DNA from: Octopus bimaculoides
Taxonomy: Eukaryota
Length of the DNA: 64,000 nucleotides
Reading direction: 5' to 3'
NCBI RefSeq assembly: GCF_001194135.2
Contig: NC_068983.1
Location: forward strand, 34,162,306-34,226,305
In this document: one piece after another, positions 51,616-64,000 of the stretch
How the letters are laid out: each line of letters begins with the position of its first letter
How positions within the stretch are numbered: the first letter of the stretch is position 1
Notes under the pieces: model-generated
Told to the model about the DNA's origin: nothing
Seen by the model: only the letters and a program-made list of their open reading frames with translations
Databases searched by the model: none
Position numbers and translations under genes: made by a program

Positions 51616-51756
51616 TATCCTTGCTCTTGATACCCCCCTACATAATCTCTACTCCACTTACTCATCCCATATCCACACTTTTACTTATTTTCCACCCTTT
51701 CCTCCTGGTATAAGCCAAAAAGCAAGGTCTAGAAGACGCACAATGTGCCAACACAC

Positions 51757-51879
51757 CTTTGACGCAAGTTGGTGAAGTGCCGCTCTAAAACTGCAAACAT
51801 TACGTAAAATTCCTTCCCGTGTTTTTGCGTAAACTGGCGTTGAAAATCGAGCTGGTACAGAAGCATGTGTAACGAGTTA
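51757..51879 (-). CDS. Putative 123-nt coding exon (phase 2 to 2)
   Basis: Acceptor ATTTCCTTCCACATTTTTAG|, donor AAAG|GTGTGT. Raised GC. Frame (L)NSLHMLLYQLDFQRQFTQKHGKEFYVMFAVLERHFTNLRQ(R), lying within track ORF 51729-51956. Confidence 0.6.
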
Positions 51880-52374
51880 CTAAAAATGTGGAAGGAAATT
51901 TTTGTCTTCTTATTTGCGTTATTTATACTTCGACAAACCCACATACATACAAACATGCATTCGTGCTTGACAATCGGTGTTGGTGTTTACGTTCCCCTAA
52001 GTTAACGGTTCGGCAAAAGCGACCGATAAATTAATAAGTTTTAAGATCAAGTTTTCGGGTCGATTCATTCGATGGAACAGATCCTAAAACCACTTGGTCA
52101 CAAAGTAAGTTTCTTAATCACACAGCCATGTCTGCGCCAATAGCCAAGCCTACAAATAATTTCTTATTCATAAGATTAGTTTTCGAGCTTTACTCTACAT
52201 AATTAAAGAAATGTGTAAACACAAGATATATGGATTTATTAATAAATTACAATTTGTTTCTTTGTAGTTAATATTCAGCAACATTCTTAGATGTAGAAAT
52301 GCTCTTCGAGCTAGACAGTTTATTAATTATTTACATTTCAATATACAAGAAGTACACGCACACACACAGACACA

Positions 52375-52441
<67 letters not shown>

Positions 52442-54984
52442 ACATATATATATATATATAGATGCATGAGTACATATATACATACATGCATACATACAAC
52501 GCATACATATAACACATATATAGACACACCAAATCATGAAAAGGAACACAGTGTTAAATGAAAATATTCGATAATAATGTAGGATTTAAATAGTGTATAC
52601 GAAAGACAGGCGAATTGACAGTGACGTCAAAGTTTCAAAAGAAGCTGCTCATCAGTCGGCGAACCCTCGTAAGTAATCACTTTGCATTACGTTTGCAGAT
52701 ATATATATATATATATATGTATANNNNNNNNNNNNNNNNNNNNNNNNNNNNNNNNNNNNNNNNNNNNNNNNNNNNNNNNNNNNNNNNNNNATATATATGT
52801 ACGCGCGCGCGTGTGCATAGAAGCACACGTCTTCTACATTTTCTGTCTTATTACCGTATGAATTATATTCTTTATATATCTAATGTATACACAGGAAAAA
52901 TATCTTGATATTTTTCCAGGTATAAGAAGACCACACTGAAACAGTTACAGGAATATAAGGGAATGACTAATGTCTTCTTGTTGTAGTGGGATTTTAATGT
53001 ACATTGTATTTAAAAAATGTTAAAATTAACATATTTATTGTTTTTTTTTTCTGTTTTTATTGTGATTGCACCTCAGCATAATATATTCTCCAATCATTTG
53101 CACATTCTTTAGTTGTTACATCGACAAGTACAGCGAGATCATTTGTTTGATGAGAATCATTATATAAATCCGAAAGTTAGTTGAGAAAAATCAAAAGGAT
53201 ATTACTCAATTAGTCATATTTCTTTCTAATAGTCGCATAATTATTTTCAATTTACTTTTAATGTTTCCTGTATTAATGATGTTAACATTAACTTGATTTT
53301 TATTTTTCAACTAAATAGCGTCTCTGTGTTCTGTTAAATATACTCAACTTCATAATTTTATTATCAAACATCAGTAATACTTTCAACACTGGAAGCATTA
53401 AAACGCAAACTAGATGAAAAATTAATATTTATTCAGCAATAAATACTTTTATTTGTTCGTGAAAAGAAGGATACAATTACATAAATGTTTCTTTTACTGT
53501 TATTCTAATGTTATTAACGAATCAGAATCTTCACCCCTTGCATGTTGATATAGAGATTAATGACTCATTAAGTAAATGTAAATCATTTACACCACTTAGT
53601 GTAAAAATAGAAATATTTAGAGAGAAAATAAACCGAAACGCCATCCGCACAGAAAGCGTAAGTGAATTCTGAGTTAATATATTCTAAGTGTTAGCATATA
53701 ATTTGTATTATAGAAAGTTGCGCAAAGTGGCTTTAATACTGAATGTTTTAGTATATTAATAAACACATTCGTGCGACAGGGAAATCACAGTGAGAAAACT
53801 GATTATAAAGTTTGTTGAACCAATCCATCAATAAAGAAACGTAGATTCTAAGCCCACCTGGTGCTCATGCTACATATTTTATTAAATTTTGCAAACTGTT
53901 GGTGTCAACAAAATTGAATTCTTTTAAATGAATCATACATCTCTGTATAAGCGTGATACAGCCAAATGGGTTATATGTCCGCTTCGTAAACATGAGGTTC
54001 CATTTTCCATTCCTCTGCGTAGCATGTTGTTAAAATAGCGTTTACTATAACCTCGGGTCGACCCATACTTTGTGACTGAAACTGAGTAAAGCGAAACTGC
54101 ATAGACATCCGTTGGGTGTATTGCACTTGTAATCCGCAAGGTACAGCCTTGTCTTACACAATACGACATTGATGTGGACTGAAAACTGCGTTAAGGGCGC
54201 ACATGGCTGTCCAATACTCTGCTACAGAGACATTAATTCAGGAGCAAATTAATCAGTTAATCAATCAAGTGAATACTCATCGTCAAACAACGGAAATCAA
54301 CCACAAGCACAGCCACCAACATCATATTCTCTGTTCTTTACTCTCTCAATCGTCAATGATGATAGATGTCGAATTGCATAATTATGACCACTGTCAACGT
54401 GATATAATCGGAAGATATTTTACAATTTCCAACTGTTGTAATGTGAAAGCAGATATTAGATAATGTCAACACCCGCTGCTATATAATGGTGGTAAGATAT
54501 CTAACATAAAATATTTGTGAAGCTGAAGCATATCAGAAAGAATATGCATCTGTACTACTCAAAACGTTTTCACACTCTTTGTCTGTCTGTACGAATCTCA
54601 GCCAACTGGGGGGAATTTTTCATTTATGTTCTACAAGAGAATAAGTCTCTGAGCTGACAGAATACTCGGAAAAATGTTTTGGGGTATTCCTTTTGGATTT
54701 TACATTCTGTATTCAAATCACATCAAGGCGAATTTAGCCCTACATTATTTCGGTGTCTATGAAATTAAGTACCATCAAGTAGAGGAGGCGATGGAATCAT
54801 ATAACACACTTTTCTAGAAGTTTCTGGTCTCTTGTCTAAACGGGAAGCAAATCTGAAGTGACTGAGGGTATTAAGTATTTACTAAAATCCAATTCTATTC
54901 ACCCAGCTGCTTGACATGTGTCCCTTTCTTTACCAAAAAATGCGATGAGGATAAAAATAAACCTTCGTTCCTATCATATTATTA

Positions 54985-55465
54985 ATAAAGCCAACTTCAG
55001 CATCAACAACTGCTTTTAAATGAGATCTAAATCATCTATATGCTGGAATCAAGTGGTCCGGGTTCATTTCGGATATTACTCTGACTATGGCAGCTTTTAA
55101 AATATCTTTGGAATTATAGGAGTGTTCAATCACCTCTCTCTCTCAATAGCTTTCCACATGTTATAGCCCAATGGATTGAGATCTGGGGAATTAGAAGGCC
55201 AAATGTTAGGGATTACGTAATCAGGAAAATTTGAAGCCATTTCTCCTGTGTTACTAGAGCCATGTGTGATAGTGCAGAGTCTTACTGAAGCATATATGGC
55301 CTTCCATGGCATACACTGTCTATCCATGACTTAACATGTATTTCCAGGACACCAATGTAGGCAGTAGAGTTAACTCTAAAGCCTTGTAGAAAAAAGTAAG
55401 GAGGTATCACCTGTACTTCATTGCTGACAAATCCTAAAATCATGACTGCTGCAAGAAGTTTTTGT
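54985..55465 (-). mobile_element. maT/DD37D-like transposase, catalytic C-terminal part
   Basis: VMILGFVSNE.QVIPPYFFLQGFRVNSTAYIGVLEIHVKSWIDSVCHG, IWPSNSPDLNPLGYNMWKAIERE and FRSHLKAVVDAEVGFI. Confidence 0.85.
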
Positions 55466-56996
55466 ATGTTAAAAATATTTTTAATTCCAATTCATACCAC
55501 TACAATGTTGCTTTGTCTAAAGCAGGATATGACCAGAAAATTTATTTCCTCAGTCCTGGTAGGCCAACACTTATAGAAATAGTAGATATGGATGTGAATT
55601 ATGTTCCATGCAAACATGAAATATTTAAACTTAGAAACAATTCTAACCTGACTAATAATAGATTAGACATTAGAGTTTTGTGTGTACGCTGTTCTACTCG
55701 CACTTTCAAATATTTTAAAAAGTAGTAAACTTAAATACTGTAGTATTTCAACTCACGAGTTGATATGCATAAGGAAAATACAAGGTAAAAAATGTTAAAA
55801 TAATTTTATCATGAAGAACATTTTAGTCCCGGTTTGTGTTTTTGCGACCTTTTCAACTTAATCTAAAGCATGAACAAGAGCTAAATTGTGGAAAAAAATT
55901 AATGGAATGTTCTTTTTTAATATTTCTTTCCATAGCTTTCAAATGCAAGAGACATTTTCCTTTTTTCGGTCTCTCTCTNNNNNNNNNNNNNNNNNNNNNN
56001 NNNNNNNNNNNNNNNNNNNNNNNNNNNNNNNNNNNNNNNNNNNNNNNNNNNNNNNNNNNNNNNNNNNNNNNNNNNNNNNNNNNNNNNNNNNNNNNNNNNN
56101 NNNNNNNNNNNNNNNNNNNNNNNNNNNNNNNNNNNNNNNNNNNNNNNNNNNNNNNNNNNNNNNNNNNNNNNNNNNNNNNNNNNNNNNNNNNNNNNNNNNN
56201 NNNNNNNNNNNNNNNNNNNNNNNNNNNNNNNNNNNNNNNNNNNNNNNNNNNNNNNNNNNNNNNNNNNNNNNNNNNNNNNNNNNNNNNNNNNNNNNNNNNN
56301 NNNNNNNNNNNNNNNNNNNNNNNNNNNNNNNNNNNNNNNNNNNNNNNNNNNNNNNNNNNNNNNNNNNNNNNNNNNNNNNNNNNNNNNNNNNNNNNNNNNN
56401 NNNNNNNNNNNNNNNNNNNNNNNNNNNNNNNNNNNNNNNNNNNNNNNNNNNNNNNNNNNNNNNNNNNNNNNNNNNNNNNNNNNNNNNNNNNNNNNNNNNN
56501 NNNNNNNNNNNNNNNNNNNNNNNNNNNNNNNNNNNNNNNNNNNNNNNNNNNNNNNNNNNNNNNNNNNNNNNNNNNNNNNNNNNNNNNNNNNNNNNNNNNN
56601 NNNNNNNNNNNNNNNNNNNNNNNNNNNNNNNNNNNNNNNNNNNNNNNNNNNNNNNNNNNNNNNNNNNNNNNNNNNNNNNNNNNNNNNNNNNNNNNNNNNN
56701 NNNNNNNNNNNNNNNNNNNNNNNNNNNNNNNNNNNNNNNNNNNNNNNNNNNNNNNNNNNNNNNNNNNNNNNNNNNNNNNNNNNNNATATATATATATATA
56801 TATATATAAACAATTCCGTGCTGCATCTGATGCAGCACGGAATTTTGTCAGTGAACAGGTCGCGGTCTCAAAGCGACGAAAATATTTTGGCAAATTAAAT
56901 TTAAATGTAGGGTTGCTATTCATTTAGTCTTTCATCACTACAAGTTAAGTGATTAGGCTTACTATTACTAATATCCTTATTATTATCTCTATCAAA

Positions 56997-57265
56997 AAGT
57001 GTTGGCCTACCAGGATAGAGGAAAGAAATTTTCTGGTCATATCCTGCTTTAGACAAAGCAACATTGTAGTGGTATGAATTGGAATTAAATATGTTTTTAA
57101 CATACAAAACCTCCTGGAGCTGTCATGGATTTAGGGTTTGTCAGCAATGAAGGACATGTGATACCTCCTTACTTTTTTCTACCAGCATTTAGAGTTAAAT
57201 CTACTGCCTACATTGAGATCCTGGAAATAAATGTTAAGCCCTGGATAGACTGTGTATGCCATGGA
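56997..57265 (+). repeat. Inverted duplicate of 55303-55572 (maT transposase fragment plus about 110 bp of non-transposase sequence)
   Basis: Reverse complement aligns end to end with 55303-55572. Track ORFs 55462-55725(+) and 56916-57107(-) both begin MYVKNIFNSNSYHYNVALSKAGYDQKI. Confidence 0.92.
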
Positions 57266-57584
57266 TATTTGAGGATAGATTGATGCTTATAAAAAAATAG
57301 CAGATATAAAAAATTAGATAAAACCTTTCTTTATCAAAAAATGCTATGAAGATAAAAATAACCCTAAAACCAAGACAGCTGCAGGAACGTTTTGTATGTA
57401 TAACACTTGGAACTTCAGAAGTGTCTGTACATAATCATCTGTCATTTCTTCTGTTAACATTCGGATATTGGTCGAAGTTTTTCTCATTTGAAAAAAACAA
57501 AACAAATGAAATCTTCTTCTGCTGGACATTTCAGGGCCTTTTAGGTCTGATGTAGTGATTTTCTTTTGCTTTTTTTTTTTTTTT

Positions 57585-58049
57585 GACAAATTCACCTTTC
57601 CTCATCGTATACGACTTATATCTGGTGTCTTCATGCACAACATTTCTGACTGTTCTTTCCGAAATATGGAGAGCTTTTTGCAGTTGACCTCATGGACTTT
57701 CTGGATTGTAATCAATGATGCTGAACTCCCTGGATACATTGAGGTGGTCGGATGATTTCGGAGCGTTTTGAATGCCTTTTATGCTTTGATACTGGTGATA
57801 TGTTTCCATCATCTGTCTCTAACTCCTTACAAACATTGTAGACGAAAGATATGGCAACTTTTAAAAATTGAAATATTTCTAAACCGCTATGTTCAGCCTT
57901 TATAATTACAATAACAGGATGCTTCTTCATTTTTTGAGTAAGCTGTGGGTCTGACATTATTATACTCTGAAATAAAGATTATACAGATTTAACAAAAAAT
58001 GCAGCAATGACCCCAGAAAGGTATGTCCTCAAAAACCTTATGCACCCTG
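57585..58049 (-). mobile_element. maT/DD37D-like transposon 5' part with left TIR
   Basis: TA|CAGGGTGCATAAGG start. KKHPVIVIIKAEHSGLEIFQFLKVAISFVYNVCKELE...KRHSKRSEIIRPP and ISERTVRNVVHEDTRYKSYTMRKGEF. Confidence 0.82.
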
Positions 58050-58106
<57 letters not shown>

Positions 58107-58170
58107 GATTGACCGTTGACTGAACACTATTCAATTTTTTTTCTCCGTGTTTTTCTCCTTGTCTCCGTAT

Positions 58171-58207
58171 TCTTTCTGTTGAAGAGCGTAGCTCGAAACA
58201 TCAAAGA
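58171..58207 (+). ncRNA. Minimal type I hammerhead motif with one core substitution, within a Penelope-type terminal repeat (about 58105-58300)
   Basis: UCUUU CUGUUGA A GAGC-gua-GCUC GAAA CA UC AAAGA. Stem I UCUUU/AAAGA is a perfect 5 bp, stem II is 4 bp, the triplet is AUC, and the core has A6 changed to U. Confidence 0.6.
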
Positions 58208-59287
58208 CTTTCCGTATTCCCGAGCGTCATACTAATACATCCTTTTGTTATTTACACCACCTGTCCTCGTCTGTTGTTGTTTTTTCGTATATTCTCCCAT
58301 ATATATATAGATAGATAGATATAGATATATATATCCATATATATACATATATATAGATATAGATATGTTTTATGTTTTACTTGTTTCAGACATTAGACTG
58401 TGGCCATGCTGGGGCACCGCCTGAAAGGATTTTAGTTGAATTTTAGTTATATATAAATTTAAATAATAAGGGTAATAAATTGAATATTAATTTAATTAAC
58501 ACCAATTTAAAACCAGTGGTCTAGCATAAAGAAAAATCTGAAAATTCCGAAAAAAATGTATTTCATACGTATAAGAAGCTGATGACCACTAAGTGGACAT
58601 CCATTATGATAGAAATAGACCATCTACGATCAAACCACAAAAGAAAAGAATGTTCTCGAGAAAAATTCAGCCCACACCAGAACATATAACGGGCAAGACA
58701 AATGAAAATATACAAAATAAACAATTAATCATAGACCAGGTTTCACCATTTACGAAATTATCACTTACGTAACGCGCCCGTGGCACTTCAGTACGACTGT
58801 TCTAATTCAACATAATTTGCAGAACTATGCACGTTGTCCACATAAAAATAGACATATATACAGTTCTACCGATTTACATAATAATGTTGGTAGATTTAGT
58901 CCATCACATAATACGGCCGTATAGATATAATAAAAATTTGTAACAAAATACAAAGAATATATATTTCATTACATTCTTTGCATGATTTTATTGGTTTTTT
59001 TATCAACCACTTCCTGACCACAACTTCCTTGCTTCACCAAACTGTGTCCGAAATGGCAACAACTCACTACAGGCATATAAATTTAGAGCGAAAACGAAAT
59101 ATAAACGTTAAAAATTTTGAAGCATGTTACGTCACCTAATAAGGATCTCTGCACTGTGCGTTGATGTCATTATCTAGTACTACCCGACTAGAGAGCTATG
59201 CAGAACGAAGCCGAAAAGATGGTTGTGCTCAGGAAGTTTCTAGTCACACTCCGTCTTACGTATTACTCACTTATATATATATATATA

Positions 59288-59318
<31 letters not shown>

Positions 59319-59337
59319 GTCCGTGTGTCTGTGTGTC

Positions 59338-59376
<39 letters not shown>

Positions 59377-59534
59377 GCACATGTAAAAATTTATGTAAAA
59401 ATTTGCAAAAACTTCCTATAAGTTTATCACTTTAGTATATATACGCATGTCTAGACATTCAAGTATATGCACGAGAATATATACATAAAACAAAAGACAC
59501 ATCTGCACGCGCAAGTGGCTACGGAGGTCAGAAC

Positions 59535-60115
59535 TAAAGGCAGAGAGCGGACGTTTTATGTTGGCTGCCCAAGATCAGATCTTATTGACCCGGAACTATC
59601 AAGCCAATATGATGAAAAATGGTGTAGACCGAAAGTGCCGATACTGCTACGATGGGATAGACACAGTCGACCACCTAATCTCTGGATGTATGGTTTTGGC
59701 ACGTGTAGAGTACAAATCAAGGCATGACAGAGTTGGCAATTATCGACGTTGGATAATGTGTCGGCATTATAAAATCAAAACTGCTGACAGATGGTACAAG
59801 CACTACCCTGTGGCTGTAAATGAGGGAGAAAGTGTAACTATTCTTTGAGACTACCCAGTAAGTACACACCGGAGCATCAAAGTTGTGAATGTATGTTTAT
59901 TGATTATGAGCATACCCTGTGACCATAACATCTCGACAAAAGAATTTGATAAACTTAGAAAATATAAAGATGTTCTTATCGAAATCGAAAAGTGGTGGCA
60001 TCTCAAGACGGTTACAATACCAGTGATTGTTGGAGCACTTGGAATGATCACAAAAAGAACTGAAAATTATTTAAGAATAATCCCTGGCTTACCATCCATA
60101 CAGGAAGTTAGGAGA
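59535..60115 (+). mobile_element. R4/Dong-like non-LTR retrotransposon 3' end (CCHC zinc knuckle and restriction-like endonuclease)
   Basis: MLAAQDQILLTRNY...KCRYCYDGIDTVDHLISGCMVLARVEYKSRHDRV...WYKHYP, then CLLIMSIPCDHNISTKEFDKLRKYKDVLIEIEKWWHLKTVTIPVIVGALG. One in-frame stop and an internal deletion. Confidence 0.92.
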
Positions 60116-60199
60116 CAAAGCTAGAAGTTGATGAGAACGTAGCAGTCGATTATAATGGCTTTAGTGCGAAACTGGTATTTCATTATATTTTCACAGAAG

Positions 60200-60408
60200 G
60201 CGGCGAGCCGATAGACACGTTAGCACGCCGGGCGAAATGCTTTGCGGTATTTCATGTCTTTACATTCTGAGTTCAAATTCCGCCGAGGTCGACTTTGTCT
60301 TTTATATTTTCAGGGTCTATTAATTAGGTACCAGTTGCGTACTGGGTCGATCTAATCGACTGGGCCCCCTCCCCCAACATTTCGGGCCTTGCGCCTAAAG
60401 TAGAAAAG
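60200..60408 (+). mobile_element. SINE type A monomer with 18-bp TSD
   Basis: Flanked by ATTATATTTTCACAGAAG (60182-60199) and ATTATATCTTCACAGAAG (60409-60426), one mismatch. Confidence 0.93.
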
Positions 60409-61848
60409 ATTATATCTTCACAGAAGAATAAAAAGGTAAATGTTGGATGGGGTTCGATTTGAAATCGGAAAGTAAGATTTTTGTAAAGCTATAACTATTG
60501 TCTGAATGTCCTTCACACATGATGCGTTTCGAATGCTAATAGAAGATAGTACGAATAGAATGAATAAAACTACTAGAAAGCCAATTCACTAAACGCTCGA
60601 TGCTGGAACAAATAATGGTATACACAAAAGAGTCACAGACACAAATAAACTAAAGACGATTGCAAAAACATAAAAATAAAATAAAACAATAGAATTAAAA
60701 AAAGAACAGCGTGTTTAAAAATTATTAGACATGGATAAATTATGCTGTGCACAAGTTGAAAGAAAAAGAAAACTATGCTAGAGTCAAATAGGAATTCGTC
60801 TGCAGTCCAGGTTTTTAAGAGGACTAGATTCACCAGCTGACCATTAAATAATCTTTCTGTTCGTTGTGTCCGAATCGATACTTAGTTTTAGAGCTAAATG
60901 TTCTACGTTCTATCCTATGTTACTCCAAAGAGGAAAAGGAAATGTGCACGTATGGATACATATTTCCAGATGTGCACGTTTGTGTATATAAGAGGGACAT
61001 AGTTTCTTGTTTTTTACTCTACGGGTATTCTTCATTTACCGAAATTTCTTTCGAAACACGTTCGCATCCGACAAGGAGATGGCGCAAACAAAAGTTCTTG
61101 AATTTTGTTCCATACAGCATCTGCCCTGTTGAGCCTCCACCGGGGTCTATTTTTACTGGAATATTCCATTAATATTCTTTATTTATAATGATGCGAAGGC
61201 ATTCTATTTCCGGTGTGCCTTTGCTGCGACCGTCTAGATAAAAGTTCAAGCGCATAGCATTTTAGGAGGTATTAGGAACACTGTCGTGTCTCGGGAGTTA
61301 GTAAGCAGATGCTCAAAAATACCTTGCACCTATTTCTGTAATCTGCTGATCTCATGAGCGATAGTTTCGACAGTTTTCCATAATTAACGTTTTGTCACAA
61401 CGTGGTTGTGCTCGTTGTTTATGTTTCAGATCACCCTTCAAAACTGCGTCTAGATCATCTTTGGGCGGAGCTTTTACGGCCTGATTGTATGCTTATAGGC
61501 TTAGTGCAAATGTACAATTGATGACCTTACATAGACGGAATCTTTTATGTGATCGAAAGATTTCACTTACTACTCGCATTTCGGGTTTAATTGTAATTAG
61601 CTTGCCTCCTGGTGTATGTGTGTGACTTGTGGACAGTCTCGGTAGTTCTTGCATAATGTATTATAAAATAGCTACTGTTGGTCTGTCAATTTATCAATCA
61701 AATTGCAAGTAATTATGGTGTCTAATTGTCCAATACTATATTCTGCCGTTATTTTCCCAGTGAGAGAGGTGATTCATTTTAGATTATTTTTTCTATATCT
61801 TGTTCCGATCAATTTCTTAATTATTATATGTTGGCGAATGGTACTTAC

Positions 61849-61985
61849 AGCACATTAATCAATCTCCACAAGTAGACATCGGTGTAGCTTCTTTCGGGCC
61901 GATGTATTCTCATGGTCTTGTCAGGAGAAGAGTTCATTACATTTTTAAATTCATATTTTAACGTGCGATGCTTGCTGTTCGGTAG
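61849..61985 (-). CDS. Putative 137-nt coding exon (phase 0 to 2)
   Basis: Acceptor ATTAGTGTTATAG|, consensus donor GCT|GTAAGT. The single open frame starts exactly at the acceptor: LPNSKHRTLKYEFKNVMNSSPDKTMRIHRPERSYTDVYLWRLINV(L). Confidence 0.6.
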
Positions 61986-63869
61986 CTATAACACTAATTA
62001 CATCTTCCCTGCCAAGCCGGCTTTTTATTATAACCGTTTAGCACTTAAGAGCTTTAAAATACGTGTATTTTAAAGCTTAGTCAAATTGAACTCTTTCCAT
62101 CGAAGCCTCATTCGTGCCGTTTTATAGGATTGAATGAAACCTTGGTTCATTTCAAAGCTCCACTCAAATTTCTCTCCATGGTTCAGAGTCCAGTCTCCTG
62201 TCAACCCATGAAATAGTAATTAATATTGCTGTTTCAGTTCATTGTTACAGCTTCATTACTGTTATGATGATCTTTAAAAATATCGTTATTTTTACATTTA
62301 TCCAAAGGTGACTAATATTTAGAAGGCTTGTAATTATGGCAGAATTCTAGAGATTAGTATTCATTTTAATGGAAATAAATAGACGCCTTATGCCAGCATG
62401 ATTGCATTCGCTGCCATATTGCATGTATGTATGATCTCTCCTTTTTTCAATCAGTTCAAATCTTGTAAGGAAGAAGATAGTTTCTATCAAAGATACAAAG
62501 TTCCGTCTTCGGAATGACAATAACAACAACGAATGCATATTTTGAACTTGTGAAACATCTTGCATATTTTTACAGTTACACTTAGAGATTGTATTTATAA
62601 TCTGCGTATTACCTGATTGATTTATTTTTCTGAAAGCCGCAGCTTTTCCAAATTGTCATAAATGGCACAGTGTAAATGTCAGTTTCTCATCTGAGTGTAA
62701 GAGCTGAAGGTCTCCAAGAAATTCTCCTTAGTTATCCTCTTTCTCTTTGATTGGTAGGGCCACTTTATACAGATGTATGTTTGTGTGCATGCATGTATCT
62801 ATTTGTGTACACATGTATGTATATGTCTATATCTATCTATCTATAAACATGTATATATANNNNNNNNNNATATATATATATATATATATATAATGACTGC
62901 TAAAAATGAATATTAAGAATGCAAGAATATATTTGATCTTTGAAATATAGAAACTGGGAATCCCATAAGCGATGCGTAATCAGCATCTTGCAGAATTTAT
63001 ATCTTCCTTACTGATGCTAGGTTATATTGTGTTGAATATAGAGAAATACAAATAACAATCAATAGAGAAAAACAATTTGTTTTAGATCCCCCTGTTATAT
63101 TAAACAAATATCAAAGGATGAAATATTTGTGATATCTTCTCGGGAAATTGTATATCGTTAATGAGTAGAGGCCCCAAAAAGATTATAACTGTCATGGTAT
63201 GAAATATTTCACATAATTCAATATCATTTAAAATTCTGACAGCCATAAGACAAAAAGTTACAGAAAAATAAAGGTATATACGCCACCCTAACATAAATCT
63301 ATACTACCAAATATATACATGCACACAAGCAATAGATTTGAATATATTTATATACGCATATAATGATATATGTGTGTGCGCGTGTATAGACATATATGCC
63401 CTTGTCTACGTGTGTTACTGTGTGTTCTCGTTTGAGTGTGTGTTTGTACGTGTATGTTTGCGTGTGTAACTGTGTGTATAGCATAAGTTTCTGATTTATA
63501 TGTTATTATTTTCATATTCGCAAATAGAAAATACCCGCTCATCAGTCTGAATGGCAGCTTATGTATTCTTACATCGTATTGAAAGCAACTTATCTAACAT
63601 CATTTGAAAATTCTAATCATCATTTACGGACATTGGAATCTAGTTTCAAATACGAGATTAAACGTTTGGTTATCATTCTTATTGATGATGGACGATACGT
63701 TACATTGATCAGCGATATTCGTCGATATCAGCTTCTTAACGAATGTAGTTATTGAAGAGAACTACGTGCCTGTTTGTGAGAGGGCGGGGGCGTATTAACT
63801 AATCTTCAATAAAAGACGTGTTTATTTTAGCAGCAATAAGACTGTTACTCTTCTGTCCATACATTTGTA

Positions 63870-63890
63870 TGTATATGTATGCATTATATG

Positions 63891-63928
<38 letters not shown>

Positions 63929-63941
63929 TAAATATATATAC

Positions 63942-63984
<43 letters not shown>

Positions 63985-64000
63985 TACATATATATACATA
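63870..64000. repeat. (TA)n-rich microsatellite
   Basis: Directly visible. Confidence 0.95.

Noticed and set aside
48804-51713. Low-complexity poly-N/T/V/E/Q/K/S ORFs
   Set aside because: Translations of trinucleotide microsatellites, open in several frames and on both strands, with no splice or codon evidence.
51757-51879. Resemblance of LNSLHMLLYQLDF...LERHF to a ubiquitin-specific protease Cys-box region
   Set aside because: No catalytic GL.N.G.TC motif in the upstream exon and no convincing His box; left unassigned.
52615-52670. CTGATGAG...GAAAC on the minus strand (hammerhead-like)
   Set aside because: No pairing for stem II or stem I.

Overview
Eukaryotic, AT-rich, repeat-dense genomic DNA from a gapped short-read scaffold. 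It has 13 N runs, most of them flanked by microsatellites. The SINE families, microsatellite load and transposon spectrum look like an Octopus (cephalopod) genome; this is an inference from recognition, not a database result. Most of the window is intron-like. It contains microsatellites, at least three tRNA-headed SINE types, four Tc1/mariner-superfamily remnants with both TIRs plus two more lacking a clear TIR pair, a hAT MITE with a perfect 8-bp TSD, and decayed non-LTR retroelements (CR1/L2-like, RTE, R4/Dong-like with restriction-like endonuclease, Penelope-like). Several Penelope-type terminal repeats carry minimal hammerhead-ribozyme motifs. Almost all ORFs in the supplied track are microsatellite, N-gap or transposon artefacts. 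Reading by hand, I found a set of short minus-strand exons with canonical splice sites and mutually compatible phases, spread over about 61 kb, that may form one unidentified multi-exon protein-coding gene. One of these putative exons is interrupted by a dimeric SINE bounded by a perfect 16-bp target-site duplication. I found no rRNA, tRNA gene, CRISPR array or prokaryotic system, and no evidence for a wholly new biological system. The best leads are the SINE-split exon, the hidden gene, the hammerheads and several inverted-repeat structures.
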